DNA of 64,000 bases from Gonapodya sp. JEL0774 (GCA_027604505.1 JADIIX010000127.1:1-64000); one strand, 5' to 3'; positions 1 to 12,624 are shown, counted from the first letter of the stretch. Program-made: numbers and translations. Notes: generated by a model from the sequence alone, not told the origin.

Positions 1-43
1 TTTCCCTCTGCTATCGCAATTTTGCGTCCGAGGTCGTCCGCTT

Positions 44-259
44 AAGAAGAGCGGGGGGTGTTGTGGTATTGACACCTTGCACATGACCACAGCCTACACA
101 TGTATGTAAGGCACAACTAGCACCATATAATAAGATCACACTTCACATCATCTCACACTCCTGGCCTATCACTAGGCCACCATCCCATCATAGAGGGCTG
201 AGATCGATACGTAGTGACAGCCCCACTACGGTGTGCTCCCCAACCGCAATGACACAACT
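44..259 (+). mobile_element. 3' end of an LTR retrotransposon: polypurine tract (44-58) plus a ~200-bp LTR (59-259)
   Basis: Purine-rich AAGAAGAGCGGGGGG is followed directly by TGTTGTGGTATTG. The segment ends CAATGACACAACT, an imperfect inverted copy of its start (10/13). It contains a TATAATAA-like motif. Confidence 0.65.
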
Positions 260-836
260 GGTTCCAACTCCCAACTGGCAATGAGGGACTGATTCAGGAT
301 TCTTGCTTTTTCGATCCATTAGTGAGGTATCTCCCATTGAAGAGTGGCAAACTTCAAGACCATCATACTACGCGACGGTCAAATGAATGGAGACAAAACA
401 CCACCGTACGACTTTATTCGATCGGCTGGACACACTACAGAACACACATCAAGCGGTCAAACAAGTGATGGTGGCAAATACAACTGCCACTTCGAGCTGT
501 GGAATGCCACTGGTGGTTCTCAGAGGAGTGGGGCAATCATGGCGTCGTGGAATGAGTATTCCAGCTCAAAGAAGAGGAATGTGGAGGAAGCAGAGTGGGA
601 AGACAACTCACATAATGAAGTTGAGGAAGTGGAAAGTGATGAGGAGTAGCGTAGCGAAGGTTTTGCTAAGTATTCGAATTATTCGTGATTACTTGTACAA
701 GTTCATTACTATTCGACTCGAATAGCATTTTCATTATTCGATATTTGATTCGAGCTTCAAAAGCTTATTCGTTTTGTTCGAAATTGCGATGAAGATTACA
801 TTGATATTCGATTCGTATTCGATTCGTCAGGGCGTG
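260..836 (+). mobile_element. Degenerate hAT-family DNA transposon 3' end (C-terminal dimerization-domain remnant, acidic tail, subterminal ATTCG repeats)
   Basis: Frameshifted reading SQLAM..RILAF..EEW/NFKT/HTTRRS..MNGDK..FIRS resembles the hAT dimerization motif (LAxRIL..ERxWS..HTxxRNRL). An acidic tail EEVESDEE* ends at 649. About ten (T)ATTCG(A)-type repeats lie at 670-827. Confidence 0.55.
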
Positions 837-1664
837 ATGAATACACTGTTGAAGATGGACTGGTCCAGAAACAGGTCCACATAGCGGGACATGAAAACCA
901 AAAGGTAGAGAAGTTGCGTCTGAAAGGAAAATCCTTGGTTGTTGAGGTGAGCGATTGATGGGCGAGTTGCTCGTCTGAAAGGTGCAAGAGCTCACCAACG
1001 GCACTGCGCGTCGAGATGAGACGTCCCACGAGAAAGCATTTGGACGAAATGTGCAAGATGTCGCCGAGCAGTCTGGCCCAGTTCATGGTTTCAACTTTGG
1101 CATGTGGTCGGGCAGATTGCTTTGGTTGTGATGGTGTTCTGCCGGGTTAATTCACCCGATCAGCCCTGCACCCTTCCCTACACACAGTCACCTTCCCATC
1201 TCTCACATTATCGCCCCCGCTCTTCTCGCATGTTCTGCGTGTTTTCTTGTGTTCTTTGCCTTCTCCGGTGTGTTCTCCTACAAGATAACCGTGATTGTCG
1301 ACTTTATGGCATCGAGAAGAACACGGATTGTGGATAGTCAAGATGTTCAGGGTGACAAGCTACCCAAAACCAACCATGATTGATTCACCTCAAAAATACA
1401 TTGTCGAGGCCTAGTAGCTTCACATCGTGCGGAAGGTACAATACGTGAGATGCATCGCAGGTGCCACTCCGCACGTGGAACATCACTGTCTGTGAACATG
1501 GGGTAGGTGCAAAGAATGTTGTCCTGTTTCAAAGACACTTGCTTGCTATTAAGACACTGTCAGTAGTTCTTGAAAAGGGGTGGTGCATTTTGGCTACCTC
1601 CGGCGGCCTTGCGAAGATCTCATTTGCGATCATCCCTCAAAACGGATACTCATCCATCTACCAA

Positions 1665-3833
1665 ATGACAGAACACAGTCAGACAAAGGGGAAGCCATTT
1701 GCAGGATTCAGTCTCCGTATGGTCATTATGACCCTCGTCCTTGCGAAGTGAGTTGCTCATCTCCCTCTCGGAACCCTTCGGAACTCCATGTTGGGTGGCA
1801 CTCACAATCTCTCACTCCAGTGCCGCAGCAGTGGCCTTAATCACTGTAGCGATGGGGGTCTCGACCAACAATAGGAGCATAACCACGTCTTCCGCTCAAG
1901 GTCTGTTCTGATCGCACTTAAAATAGTAAGACCAGAAACTAAGCAAACGCCTCTGCCATTACATAAAATCACCAAACAGCTACTCAAAAGATCGTCGCCC
2001 TTGCTGTATCGCGACAAGCTGATGCAAGTCGGTACATCTCGGATCAGATAACGTCGTACTTTGCCAAAGTGAGGAAATTCTGGATCATGTTTCACTGGGA
2101 CGACACGGAGATATCACCACTGTGCTCTTTGCAGATGTATTCGGCAGCTCAAAGTATTGCATCAGTCATTGAGCGCGGAGTTATCATGATTGGAGATACA
2201 GAGTAAGTCGATTGTAAATTTTTCCTTCTCCACAAGCCGATCATTTGCGAGCCTAACCCATTCTTTTACGACACCCATTTGTAAACTCACAATCGCGAGC
2301 GCTCTTGTGCCATTTCTGGGTACAGTCATGAGAAATATTGGCATCGCAGACACCAACGCGATGACCATTGCGTCGCACATGCCTCGCAATGCTGTCTCGC
2401 TCTTTCCTGGAGATGGAACTTTTGTATCGGGCTCATACAAGCTTATATACAGTGTATGGACAACGAACCTGACGTGTCAGCGCATGTGCCCCGTTGCCCC
2501 TTCGACGAACGGCAGTCTTTACTTTTACGGGATCGATCCAGCTAATTTCACAATACTTGGCTCCACTACGGCATTCCCGTATAATTATCCAGTTGCAAAA
2601 GCAGAGACCTTCAGCAAAATCACAAAGGGTGTGACAAAACTGGATGATCCTAGCATTGTTGGTGATATCATCTTTCAACAATTGCGGGTGCCATTGTTCG
2701 ATGCAGGCGCTATCAATCTGGGTACTGTTGAGGTAACAGTAACGATTGAGTTCTTCTCAGACTACCTCAACGTCGTTAAAAAGTCAACAACGGAGAACAC
2801 TTTGTTTTACATTCTGTCCACCAAGGCGCAAGTGTTGGCGATGTCGGGATTCTCTAATCAGAGTGAAGCAAGTCAGGTGGGATCGCATACGTTACGCCTC
2901 CCAGAATTCAGATGGGTGCTCTTCCATGGAAAGAAACTTACCAAACCAACCACCACACTAGACTCTCAAAAAGGTTGTCGATCCTCTGCTTGGAATTTCT
3001 TCTCTCAAGACAATATTTGAATTTGATCGCGACACATATCCACTCCTCAACGTCTCCGCCAAGGCTGTTTTGGAGCTGTCACGTGGGAACCTCTCGAACA
3101 TGATACCGGACACAACGTGGACACTGGAGGGCAATGTGTTCAGAGCTTCCTCGCTGACAATTTATGGCTACGAATACATTTTGGTGTCGGGAGCGTGAGT
3201 GTAGGGGTGTCGGATACATCGAGCAGTGCATTTGTAAATTTTGCTGCTTCCGGAACAGACCACTGTCTGATTATGTTGGGGATATTATACAACTCAAATC
3301 GAACCTCGAAGCCGATGGGAGCCGATCAATGCTCATTGTAGTTTTGTCGGGTGAGTTGTTTACTTTATTCTTCAGATCCACACATGTGTTGTCGCATCCA
3401 ATGATGTTTCCCTCAATCCCAGCATTGGCCGTCGTAATTATCCTTGCCATTCTGTCTCTTCTCTTTGCATGGTACTACATCACCCACCCACTGGCTGAGA
3501 TCCTGGTCATGATGAAGAAAGCAACCAAGTTCGACTTCTCCGACATCAGAAACGGATTGGGGACATCAAAGCGATCTGTCGTTAGGGAGATACATACGAC
3601 ACAGGCCAACTTCATAGAGATGATCAAAGTGTTTGCCGAGGCTCTCAAGCGTGCGTTTTGAAAGTCCTAGCAAATAATGACAAATTGGTTTCATCTAGTC
3701 CATTTTTATAACCCACTTCTTTCTAGAGAACAAAGCTCTCCTTCAGCGAAAGCCTACCACCGATCCAAGTCAGACATCGCCCGCAAGTCAGCCAACTCAA
3801 GTAGCGCTAACAAGGGGTACAACTGCGGTTTAA
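1665..3833 (+). CDS. Multi-exon membrane sensor: TM - Cache-like extracellular domain - TM - HAMP-like segment - short tail
   Basis: Spliced ORF starts MTEHSQTKGKPFAGFSLRMVIMTLVLANAAAVALITVAMG (TM1). Cache-like strand GTVEVTVTIEFFSDYLNVV..LFYILSTKAQVLA. TM2 ALAVVIILAILSLLFAWYY, then ITHPLAEILVMMKKATKFDFS..SVVREIHTTQANFIEM (HAMP-like). GT-AG introns; TAA at 3831-3833. One internal junction near 2.97-3.06 kb is not fully resolved. Confidence 0.7.
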
Positions 3834-6596
3834 GGTCCTCAAGCAAAACTTCAGTTATAAGCATTTTGTGATAGTCCTCCGTACAAAAGTAATCCTTTAT
3901 AAAGTTGGTGGCGAGAGCAGGTATTCTAAGTAATGTTGGCAAGAGACGCAGCGTATTGGGACAATTACACAGCCCCACGTATTTATTTTCCTTCATTTGT
4001 TAGGATGCAGAGTTGCATCGCGAGATCTGTGGAGACGATATTAGACTACTTCCGACTGCTACCGGCGGCACCAGCTAAATGCGTTCAGGGTGGCATTTTC
4101 GTTTGCCTCCACTCCCATCTGGAAGTGCACCGGAATTGTCTGGCGCGGGGCGTCCGCATTCTGTACCACCAACGTTGCCTCAGTGTCAGACCTGACCGCT
4201 CGGGGGAGATGTGACATGTGATTCTCAAAGTCCTGTGGCATTGGAAGCTGTCATAGCCGAGTACCTGTTTGAGGACTTTGAGCGATGTTTTCTGTCAAAC
4301 GATGGTGAGCAGCTAAAGGCTTGGGTGGTTGCTTTCGGTGACAAAAGTGGGATAATTGGACTCCTATTACGAGCAAGAGCTGGAAGCGGAATATATTCCG
4401 GTGTGTACCAATGGTTGACTTCGAATCTAGATAATCAAGTAGAAGATTTCCATCGCAGGGAGCTTTTTCTTCCCCTTCTCCACCGCCTTGCTCTTGATAT
4501 CCCGCGAGACCGCAACAAGGTGGACTTTCGAGCCTGGTTTCCCATGCTGTGGTTCTCGGGTTGCCGCTCTTCGCAAGCGGAGAAACCCTCGGCACAAGCG
4601 TTTTGGGCAGATGCTGAGGCATTTCTATCTCAGAACTCTTCGAGAAGGTGAAGTGTCCTCTGCCCTTAGTCTTTTGAAGGAGGGGGAGCATGCCGGTGGT
4701 CACGAACAACACAAGTTCGGCAGAATCAAACTTCGCGGAATCTGCAGGAATCACTCTCCAGGACCTCTAGAGTCTGCGAACGTGTCGATGGCAATGCTAA
4801 CGCGGTTCTGTAGCATCTTAGTGAAGACCTCTGTCATACTCGGGTTCCGTTTGCTTGCCTCTTGCAAATCAATTGGAAATGGATAGCAACCCCGAGGAAA
4901 GTTTAAACGTACGTGTCCTTCCGCAGGACGGCTGTGGAATCATGCTTGCGTTTGAGCGTTTGATTCTGACGCGACATTGTTTCCGCTGTATGATTTTACG
5001 CTCAAACGCAAGCAACGTTCGTCCCCCTATGGAGTTCCGGAGGTCCCCCAAGTACCGCCTAACGGAGAGTCGAGTAGAGGACCGAAAGACCCAAGCAAGG
5101 TGAGCAAGGAAGGTGGAAATGGAAACCAGCATTTGGATATTCCAGCACGGTGATTGGGCAGATGTGCGTGTGCGCAGCTTTGCATGGGGAAACCTATGGG
5201 CGTATGTCGCTCTCCATGCGTGCAGCGATGACGCCCGACACGTGGCGTTGAATGCAGTTGTAATTCGATCGAGCGACTTTTCACGTCGTTTGAGGCGTTG
5301 CTGCAGAGGCTAATCCGATCAATCTTCGTGAATGCTGAATCTCTCGCGAGGGAGGTTTGATATTTGCACGGGGCGAGCCGTTCCTCTAGTCGTAAACCGT
5401 AGCCTGTCGGTGCGTTTTTCTGTCCGTGTTCTCGTATCGCTACATACGGAAACATTGCAGATGGGAAGCGTTGGAACCGGTTTTTCGGATTCCATCATCG
5501 CACGTTCATTGTTTCAATACTTTCGCTCACCAACCTGTCTGTTTTTCAGCCCTCTCCACTCTGCAGACCTTCCCGAACAAACTCACCAGCTTGTACCCAA
5601 CCCAGCATCCCTCCCTCTTCGTTCAAAGCGACCTACATCTACATCCTCTTCCTTCTCCTCAACCGCCGTTCCTAACCCTGGTCTTGCCCGGCGCTTTCTG
5701 TTTCGGATTTGATGACCGCCCAACATCATCCTCCCGTCCCCTACCACCCCCACGTTGATCCCCCCGGTCCCGTCAAGCGGGGCGACGGGTGGGGATCGCT
5801 CACCGTGTAATCGCGTGACCAGGGAGGGGAACGTGTTGGCGCTATGTCCAGTGATGGTGGGGAAGAGGTGAGTTGGCTGTCATTTCAGTGCGGTGAAAGC
5901 GGGAGCCTTTGAGGTGCGGATCGCCACTCTTCATGGTCGTTTTTGCCCATCTCTCGCTGCCACTCGATAACACCTACTCCTATCGTCAACCACCCCCACC
6001 CCAAGCCTATAGGGTCTCATCCCTCCAACCAGCTCCGCCGCACGCTCGCCCTCCCCCCGTCGGCCACCACTCATCGCACAACACCGGTGCTCCGTCATTG
6101 GCATCGTCCCATCCAGCTCCCCCTTCGCCAACTCGGCCCAACATGACGCCCAAATGCGGTAGAAAGGGGAAAGTTGCACAACAGAGGGTAGGCAAGACAA
6201 GTGCATAATCGGACGATCGGACGCGCATGTCTCGCTGGAGTTTCTAGAAAGGGTGGTTGCGGGTGGTGGCGCGGCGTTTTCGGCGACAGGAGGAGCACGA
6301 GCAGATGTTAGAGGAGGAATGTCGAGCTTGATATTGGGATACTCACAGCCAGAAAACCAATCCCCCGTGAGCGACACGGCGCAATTGGTCTCGCTCACCA
6401 GACTCCCCAAACCCGCGATACCGGGACCCATCGCCTTTGTGCGATCCGAACCCACAGTGTCCCCGTCTTGTCCGTCTCTCTCGTGGCGTCCCTCCCTAGT
6501 ATCGTCATTCTCGCGTTGTGCTATGAATCAGGCGCTGTGGAAGTTATCGTGGGTGGCAACGTCAGTGGAGGTTGGTCGGACGAGGTAAGGGGGCTG

Positions 6597-6630
6597 GAGA
6601 AGGTGTCCGAGAAGGTGTCCGAGAAGGTGT
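6597..6630. repeat. Tandem 12-bp repeat (GAGAAGGTGTCC, about 2.8 copies)
   Basis: Directly visible in the sequence. Confidence 0.85.
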
Positions 6631-6699
6631 AAGCGGGCAGACCGGCGAGGTGAACCGAAAAGGAGAGAGAGGGATGTGATGGTATTCACGCCAGTCAAG

Positions 6700-7207
6700 G
6701 GTGGAAATGAAGTGAGGGAAACTCCAAAGAAGGCTTGTTGAAGCGCAAATTGGCAGTAAGGATGGCCCAGTTCTGGAGGGCGGCAACAGGAGCACCAACA
6801 ACAGAATACAACACAACAGCAGCAGGGTGTCCGGCCTATCGCGCCGCCGTGTGGAGGGCATGGGGATTGAATTCGGATTCGGAGGATGAGGAAAATCGGA
6901 CGGAGATGGTCGCACTTATGACCATGATTCCTGTGACAAGCCAAGCGAAGAGCAGTCGCGGCTTTAGTTTGAACAGATCTTCCGACGAGGATGAAGTGGA
7001 GGCTATTGTTGTTGATAATTCGGAGGACGATAAAAACGAGATTGAGAACGTTGGGCACTCCGTTATAGAGAGTGGAGCGGCGTGGACATTGCTACCCACG
7101 TGGACCGTTATTGAAACGGTCTTTCTCTCCTTAGTTTTGACCCCGCCGTAAACCGGAAATGCACCCAAATTCTCGGCAAACCAGGACCGAAAGATTTCGA
7201 CTTACTA
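6700..7207 (+). mobile_element. Possible second degenerate hAT transposon 3' end
   Basis: TPKK../LKRKLAVRMAQF is followed by an acidic tail (WGLNSDSEDEE, SSDEDEVE). Then come AAACGG/ACCG-rich subterminal-like motifs and a possible terminus ..TTCGACTTACTA. Confidence 0.3.
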
Positions 7208-9508
7208 TCAGGCAGTTGAGAACGAACAACAAGAATGCTCAACAATGAAATTCTTGAAATCAAATGTTTATCATGGGCAAACAACAATGACAGAGGATCC
7301 GCAATGCCGGTACGACCTTCTATTCAATATTGACAAACAACCAACGCAAACCCCGCTGTGATGTCTCTTACTGAACAATCACGTACAAGACATCGCAGGT
7401 CTCCACACTCGGGACTAAGGTGACATTTAGCTGCCGCAGACCTCTCGATGTCTTTGAGTATATATTCATGACGGTTTTGCGACCACAAGAGGATCTTGTA
7501 GTCAATGGGCGGTTAATCGGTGATACTAAACTGAAAGTGAATGGGTTTGGGACGAGAAATGGTTTTGACCGTTAAATCAGCAATGAAACGTCGGTGAGGA
7601 TGGATATGGACATCTAAGCGGACGTGGAACCGTGCCTTCCAAGCCTGAGCCAAACGTACAACACTCATTTTGAACCAAGGGGTCGCATGTTTCTCGCCCT
7701 TTTTGTGCCACACTCAGCTACTTTCCGCTCGGATGTTAATCGGCTTTCCCACTGGAGAAAACGTCTTGAAAAGTCGTCAAACCCGCCGCGCTACCGCAGC
7801 GTTGGAGAATCAATGACCAGATTAGGATGAGGAAGCGCTACTGTTCTACATCGGACGGATTCGCCGCTTACTACCCTCATTTCCCTTGCGAGTGGGAACG
7901 CGGATTCCGCTGCGATGACCATTGGGCTGCTACCGCGGTACCACGTGTACGTCGGACTGTCCGTACAGGAGGGATGCTTAGTCGGAACAGAGGTGAGTGC
8001 GTTTGCTGGGGATGTCCCACTTACAAGGTACTATGGAGAATCAGGTATCATCTGTATCGGTGAGCGATGCTGGCACAGGAGCGAAGAGCCTGTAATTGAG
8101 GTCAACTGTCCAATCAAGCGAACGCCACGGCCTGCCCGCATCCCGAGGAATCATCTCAAACCGAACCATCCATGTCGTTGTGGGTCGAAACACGGACCAA
8201 GTAAAGCGGTCTCCCACACAACCGACACGTAGCCAGGCTGGCGACGGAGAGATAACGTAGGAGGATGCTGGTATGTGCACCCTGCGGGGAAATGGATGAA
8301 GGAGCGGTCACTGCTGTAGGTGGTGAGAGCAGTCGATTTGTGAAGCCGAGCAGAAGCACATTGGCGTCACACTGGTCTAACGCACAGAATTTTCATAAAT
8401 ACTACCTCCTCCCAACTCGCGGTCCTTCTCACTTTCGCCCCAAGGACAACCTTCTGCACAGATCCATCAAAACAACGCTGCTACTACAGCCAAGCACAAG
8501 AACGCCAAAATTCTCACCCACCACGCAAACGAAGTCATCTCGTGCACAAATACAATCTCGAGCTCATCCACTTGCATTTTGTCTTGAACCATTGTCAAAA
8601 TCGGAGGATCACAGGAGCGAAAGTTGTTGAATCGACAGGATAAAGATCGATATGGAGATTTGAATGGCGGATCAGATGTCAGGTTCTTGATTCCTCACAG
8701 TCAAATGGATAGCTCAGGCGGAGTCTGTAGACATGTGGAGTGACGAGTTGTGGTTGTGAATATGCGCATGGAGAGAATTAGAAGTAAGATTGACAACTGA
8801 AGCCTGTATGAGCGTCAACCGTGTGGAAGTCCGAATCTTTTGACCCGATACTTGCTCATATTCTCGCTATTCTCTCAATTTGTGTCAGAAACTGCGGAAT
8901 GATGATTGTGAGATAGGTTGACCAGTTTTGCTCTAAGCCTCGACTCGATCCAACTTGGTTCGCTTTCCTTATTAGTCAGAGCTTTAGTGTTCAGCTGAAT
9001 AGCAGCGACGTTTTCATTCACGAGTCTATATTGGAGATGTGATTCTTGCATCCACCTTGAGTGGTTAGCCAGCAAACGTGGACGACAGATGCCAACTGAC
9101 AACCGAATCCTCTGTGTAACACGTTTGTGAGATGTGATGGAAAACCAGGGTTCCAGAACATTTCGTTGTTCGGCGGCGTTGTGTTCTTCAGGCCCTTGTA
9201 ACTGGTTCTTGAGGAAGGAGCATCGGGAAACCGTGCCAGAAGACCGGTCAAAATGAGGGCTCGTAGACAATTCACAGCTGAGCTTCTACATCTGGCTGAT
9301 TTCTGGACCGCCATCGTGCGTTAGACGGCATCGGCGGAAGAACGCTATTGTCGGAGGTGGCGGCACGAAGAGCACCCTGCAGCGACGAAGGCATCGCGTT
9401 GACTTAGTTCATTCGGCCTCGATCGTGCACAAGCAGCGGACGACAGCAACTTTACTGTGTCGGAGACTGGCATTGGGCAGGCCGACACACCAGCCCAAGC
9501 TCTCCAGG

Positions 9509-9665
9509 GCATATGTGAATTCTGGGGTACCCCACCGCAAAGGGGTGGTGCCTCCTGGGGTGTTTCGCCACCACCCCAAATGACACCAGAATTCTCATCT
9601 GGGGTGTGGCAAAGCATCCGAAGCAGGCACCACCCCATGTGAGGTGCCCCAGAATTCTGTTATGC
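9509..9665. mobile_element. Foldback (near-palindromic) MITE-like element
   Basis: Nested inverted arms: GAATTCTGGGGTACC / GGTGCCCCAGAATTC, GGGGTGGTGCCT / AGGCACCACCCC, CACCCCAAATGA / TCATCTGGGGTG. Confidence 0.7.
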
Positions 9666-9924
9666 GAGAACACCGCCTTCTGTTATGCGTTGCCAAGGTC
9701 CAGCACCGATGGAGAAGGCGAAGATCCCACTCCCCCTCTCCCCAGCCACCTTCTCACCAACTAAACACGGCGAAATCAATGAAAACGATGGACTGGATTC
9801 ATGATGGGTGGTCGGATGTCAGAACCCGCCCCGTCACTCAATTGAGCGAACGGAGCACCTATCGCGGCTTCCATCTCCATTATGAAACGTGAACGGTGGG
9901 AAAACGATGGAAAATTGGACCAGT

Positions 9925-10518
9925 CAGCCCTGGGTGGAGGTGAGTGTGTTCGGCTGCTCTATTGCTGAATCACACATACTGGACGCAGTTTGACTCCATC
10001 CCCTCAGGAACTTCGATTGTAACTCTGCCCAGAGTATCTGATGGAGCCGCGACACCTCTTATAGACGAATCAGCCTTCGCCCTCCATCTCGCGGTTGCCG
10101 ACCTTCTCCCTCTCGCACCAACTTTTCCGCCCACTGCAGCCTTCTCCGACCTCCGACTCGAATCGAAAACGTCAAATACAATGAAAAGCTGCTCCTTGTA
10201 GCCGGTGGATACTGTGGACTGAACGGGTCTTGGTGGAGGTGAGTGAAGGCAGTCGTCCAACACATTGGGGGGCTTTCTTGGCGGGGGATTCCGGCCTGCG
10301 TTTGTGTTTCCGCTCACGAGGACCACCCACTATGAGAAGTGCCGGGTGAGCTGTCAGACCTCGGGGGTGGGTGTTTCTCATTAGCGAAGCATGGAGGATG
10401 TGGTGTCAACACCCGCGAGCCGTAGATAAGCATAGTATAAGCGCGCTACACTGGAATGCAAACCAAATGCAATTCAAATGTATCTCTGAGCTAAAAGTAT
10501 GCGCTTTGTGCGCTCAAC
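9925..10518 (+). mobile_element. Heavily deleted Ty1/copia-like retroelement remnant (integrase fragment, PPT, possible LTR)
   Basis: PWVE../CSAALLLNHTYWTQFDSIP resembles copia integrase WxEAvxxAxYLLNRT. CTCGGGGGTGGG-TGTT at 10360-10375 resembles a PPT/LTR junction. The candidate LTR ends near CTCAAC at 10518. Confidence 0.35.
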
Positions 10519-11010
10519 GGTGAGCGCTGGTGGTTGGTTGATTGAAAGTGCCACAGGCAACAGGCTTGCATGATAACGGGGATACCTACATGGTTTACTC
10601 TACCATCGTGCGATTATGATTCCTTGCTAATGGTGTACGGATCAAAAGTGCCGCAGGCCCCGGGCTTGCAGGGGAACCAAGTCCGACCGCAACATGCGGA
10701 GAACTGCCTAATGTATTGAAAGTGGCCATAAAAACTACATGCCTACTCTAAAAGCTATGCCCGTAAACATGTGTGCACTCTCTGTTTGTGCGTGCGGCTC
10801 CCACTTGCACTGCCGTGTGCGCCTCACACCGCACCCACCACAACGCCGCAACAACCTACCACACCGCTCCCACCTCCTCCCGCACTCTCTCTACTCAACG
10901 AGCTTGAATCGCTAGTCATGAAGGTATTTAATTCGTCTCACTTCTCAACATTCCCTCCGCACCGCCTACTCAAACTGTCTTATTTTAATTGTGGTTCCGC
11001 CAACGCAATG

Positions 11011-12624
11011 TCATTCGAGAGACCATCGCTTCTTCTCCTCTGGATGCTGCTCTGCCGCACATATTACGTCTATTTTTGGGATGTTTAATCCTACCGGTAT
11101 CATAGGCTGGGACACTGAATGCGTCAAATACTTTCGGAGTCCCTGGTTAAAGTTGCTTACACACACAATACTGGTGAGCATGCAAAGGACAAGGGTGATC
11201 GTGTCGACCGCGCAGAAGTAGAGGCCTCCGTGCCGGACGAAGAAGTTGATGTCATTAATGAAACTTGTGTATGGACGACGGAGCTTTTCAACAAAAGAGA
11301 AGGTGATGTGGATGAATGCGACTTTCTTGGTGGCAAATATTAAAACTCGTGAACAAGAGGACTCGCCTCGGATATCTCGTTAGTCAGCACGGATTGGTAC
11401 GCAAAGGCCGACAATGCAAAGAAAAGGACCCCAACAACACTTTCCCTCCGAATAGCCCCAAATAGCACGAAAAGTCCGATCGCGTATGAAATATATCCAA
11501 ACACCGATGCCCACACAAAGCTCTCCATTGACCCAACACGGCCTCCGTGAATTCCAAAATAAGTTACAGTAAGAGTGTGGAAGAAAATTGACACTTTTAT
11601 TTGGAAGATGAGCAAGGTTGCGGCCCTGTCCGTGATTGCAGGATCGCTGTATGAGAGCTAGTCAATCACTCCAGAACACAGCACATCATTCAAGCACTGA
11701 CGCATATCGTTTTCGCATTTGTAGATCTGCTCCAATTTTGTGAAACACCTTCCATCTGACTTCGCGAAACACTCCAGCGACCAAGATTATTTGGACAAAC
11801 AACGTCACAGAACAGACGATGACAGTAGCCACTTCGAGCTTTCGTAAAGACTGAACCCAAGTATCTATGTACGTAGACTGTGAGGCAACAAGGTATGGGG
11901 CGTACCATGCTGTAGGATCATTCAGTGGAGCCGGTGGATCTGACTTGAGAAGTGCATCACGAAGGAGAACGCTGTCCGGAGACGCGGTGCACGCAACAAC
12001 TGCGTATACAAGAATGTTCAAAGAGAGTAGGAGCACACCCAAGACCTATGGCATGAGCTATGTTGTGGCATTTGCTTAGGATATCGAACCGTACTTTGTG
12101 AACTTGCCTCGAAAACATTTTGAGTTCGGATCGCATCGAAGGCCAGATACACGGAAAACAGCACGGAAAAATTCAAGCCAGCTTTCAGGACTTTATTGGA
12201 CGATCAAAGAATTGCTTGCAACAGAAGATCGACAAGATTACTGTACCAATTTCGTACACAGTATAATCTGCAGGAACGTAGCAGTGGCCAGTACCAATGC
12301 CGCCTCACTCAGTTGGAGGACTAGACCCACTATCAAACGAAGAATTCACGCACATTCCGCAGACATTGCAATGGATTTCCCTATAAGAACCGTTATCACA
12401 GTCCCTGACATAGCTGACCAAGCAACAAAGGTTATTGACCATCTTCCACGGACGGTGACTGCTTTGCGTGCAGCCCTAAACCAGCCATCAAGTGTTCGTA
12501 GATTGATCGGACTTGGCGCAGTACGAGTGCTGCCCTCGTGTGATGAGAACGTTGTGGATTCCAAAAGACGAGAGCTACTTGCAGTTGCTGCAGCACCTGA
12601 ATCTGGAGGTCTCAGATGCGCCAT
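11011..12624 (-). CDS. Multi-pass membrane protein, UPF0658 Golgi membrane protein-like
   Basis: Exons carry FREVRWKVFHKIGADLQMRKRY, GAIRRES and C-terminal CVSNFNQGLRKYL...KRWSLE*, which match this fungal family. Several TM segments. The start could alternatively be 12702. Confidence 0.7.

Noticed and set aside
670..830. ATTCG-rich repeats as a CRISPR array or satellite
   Set aside because: Units are 5-7 bp with irregular spacing and no repeat-spacer structure. They fit transposon subterminal repeats better, and the DNA is eukaryotic.
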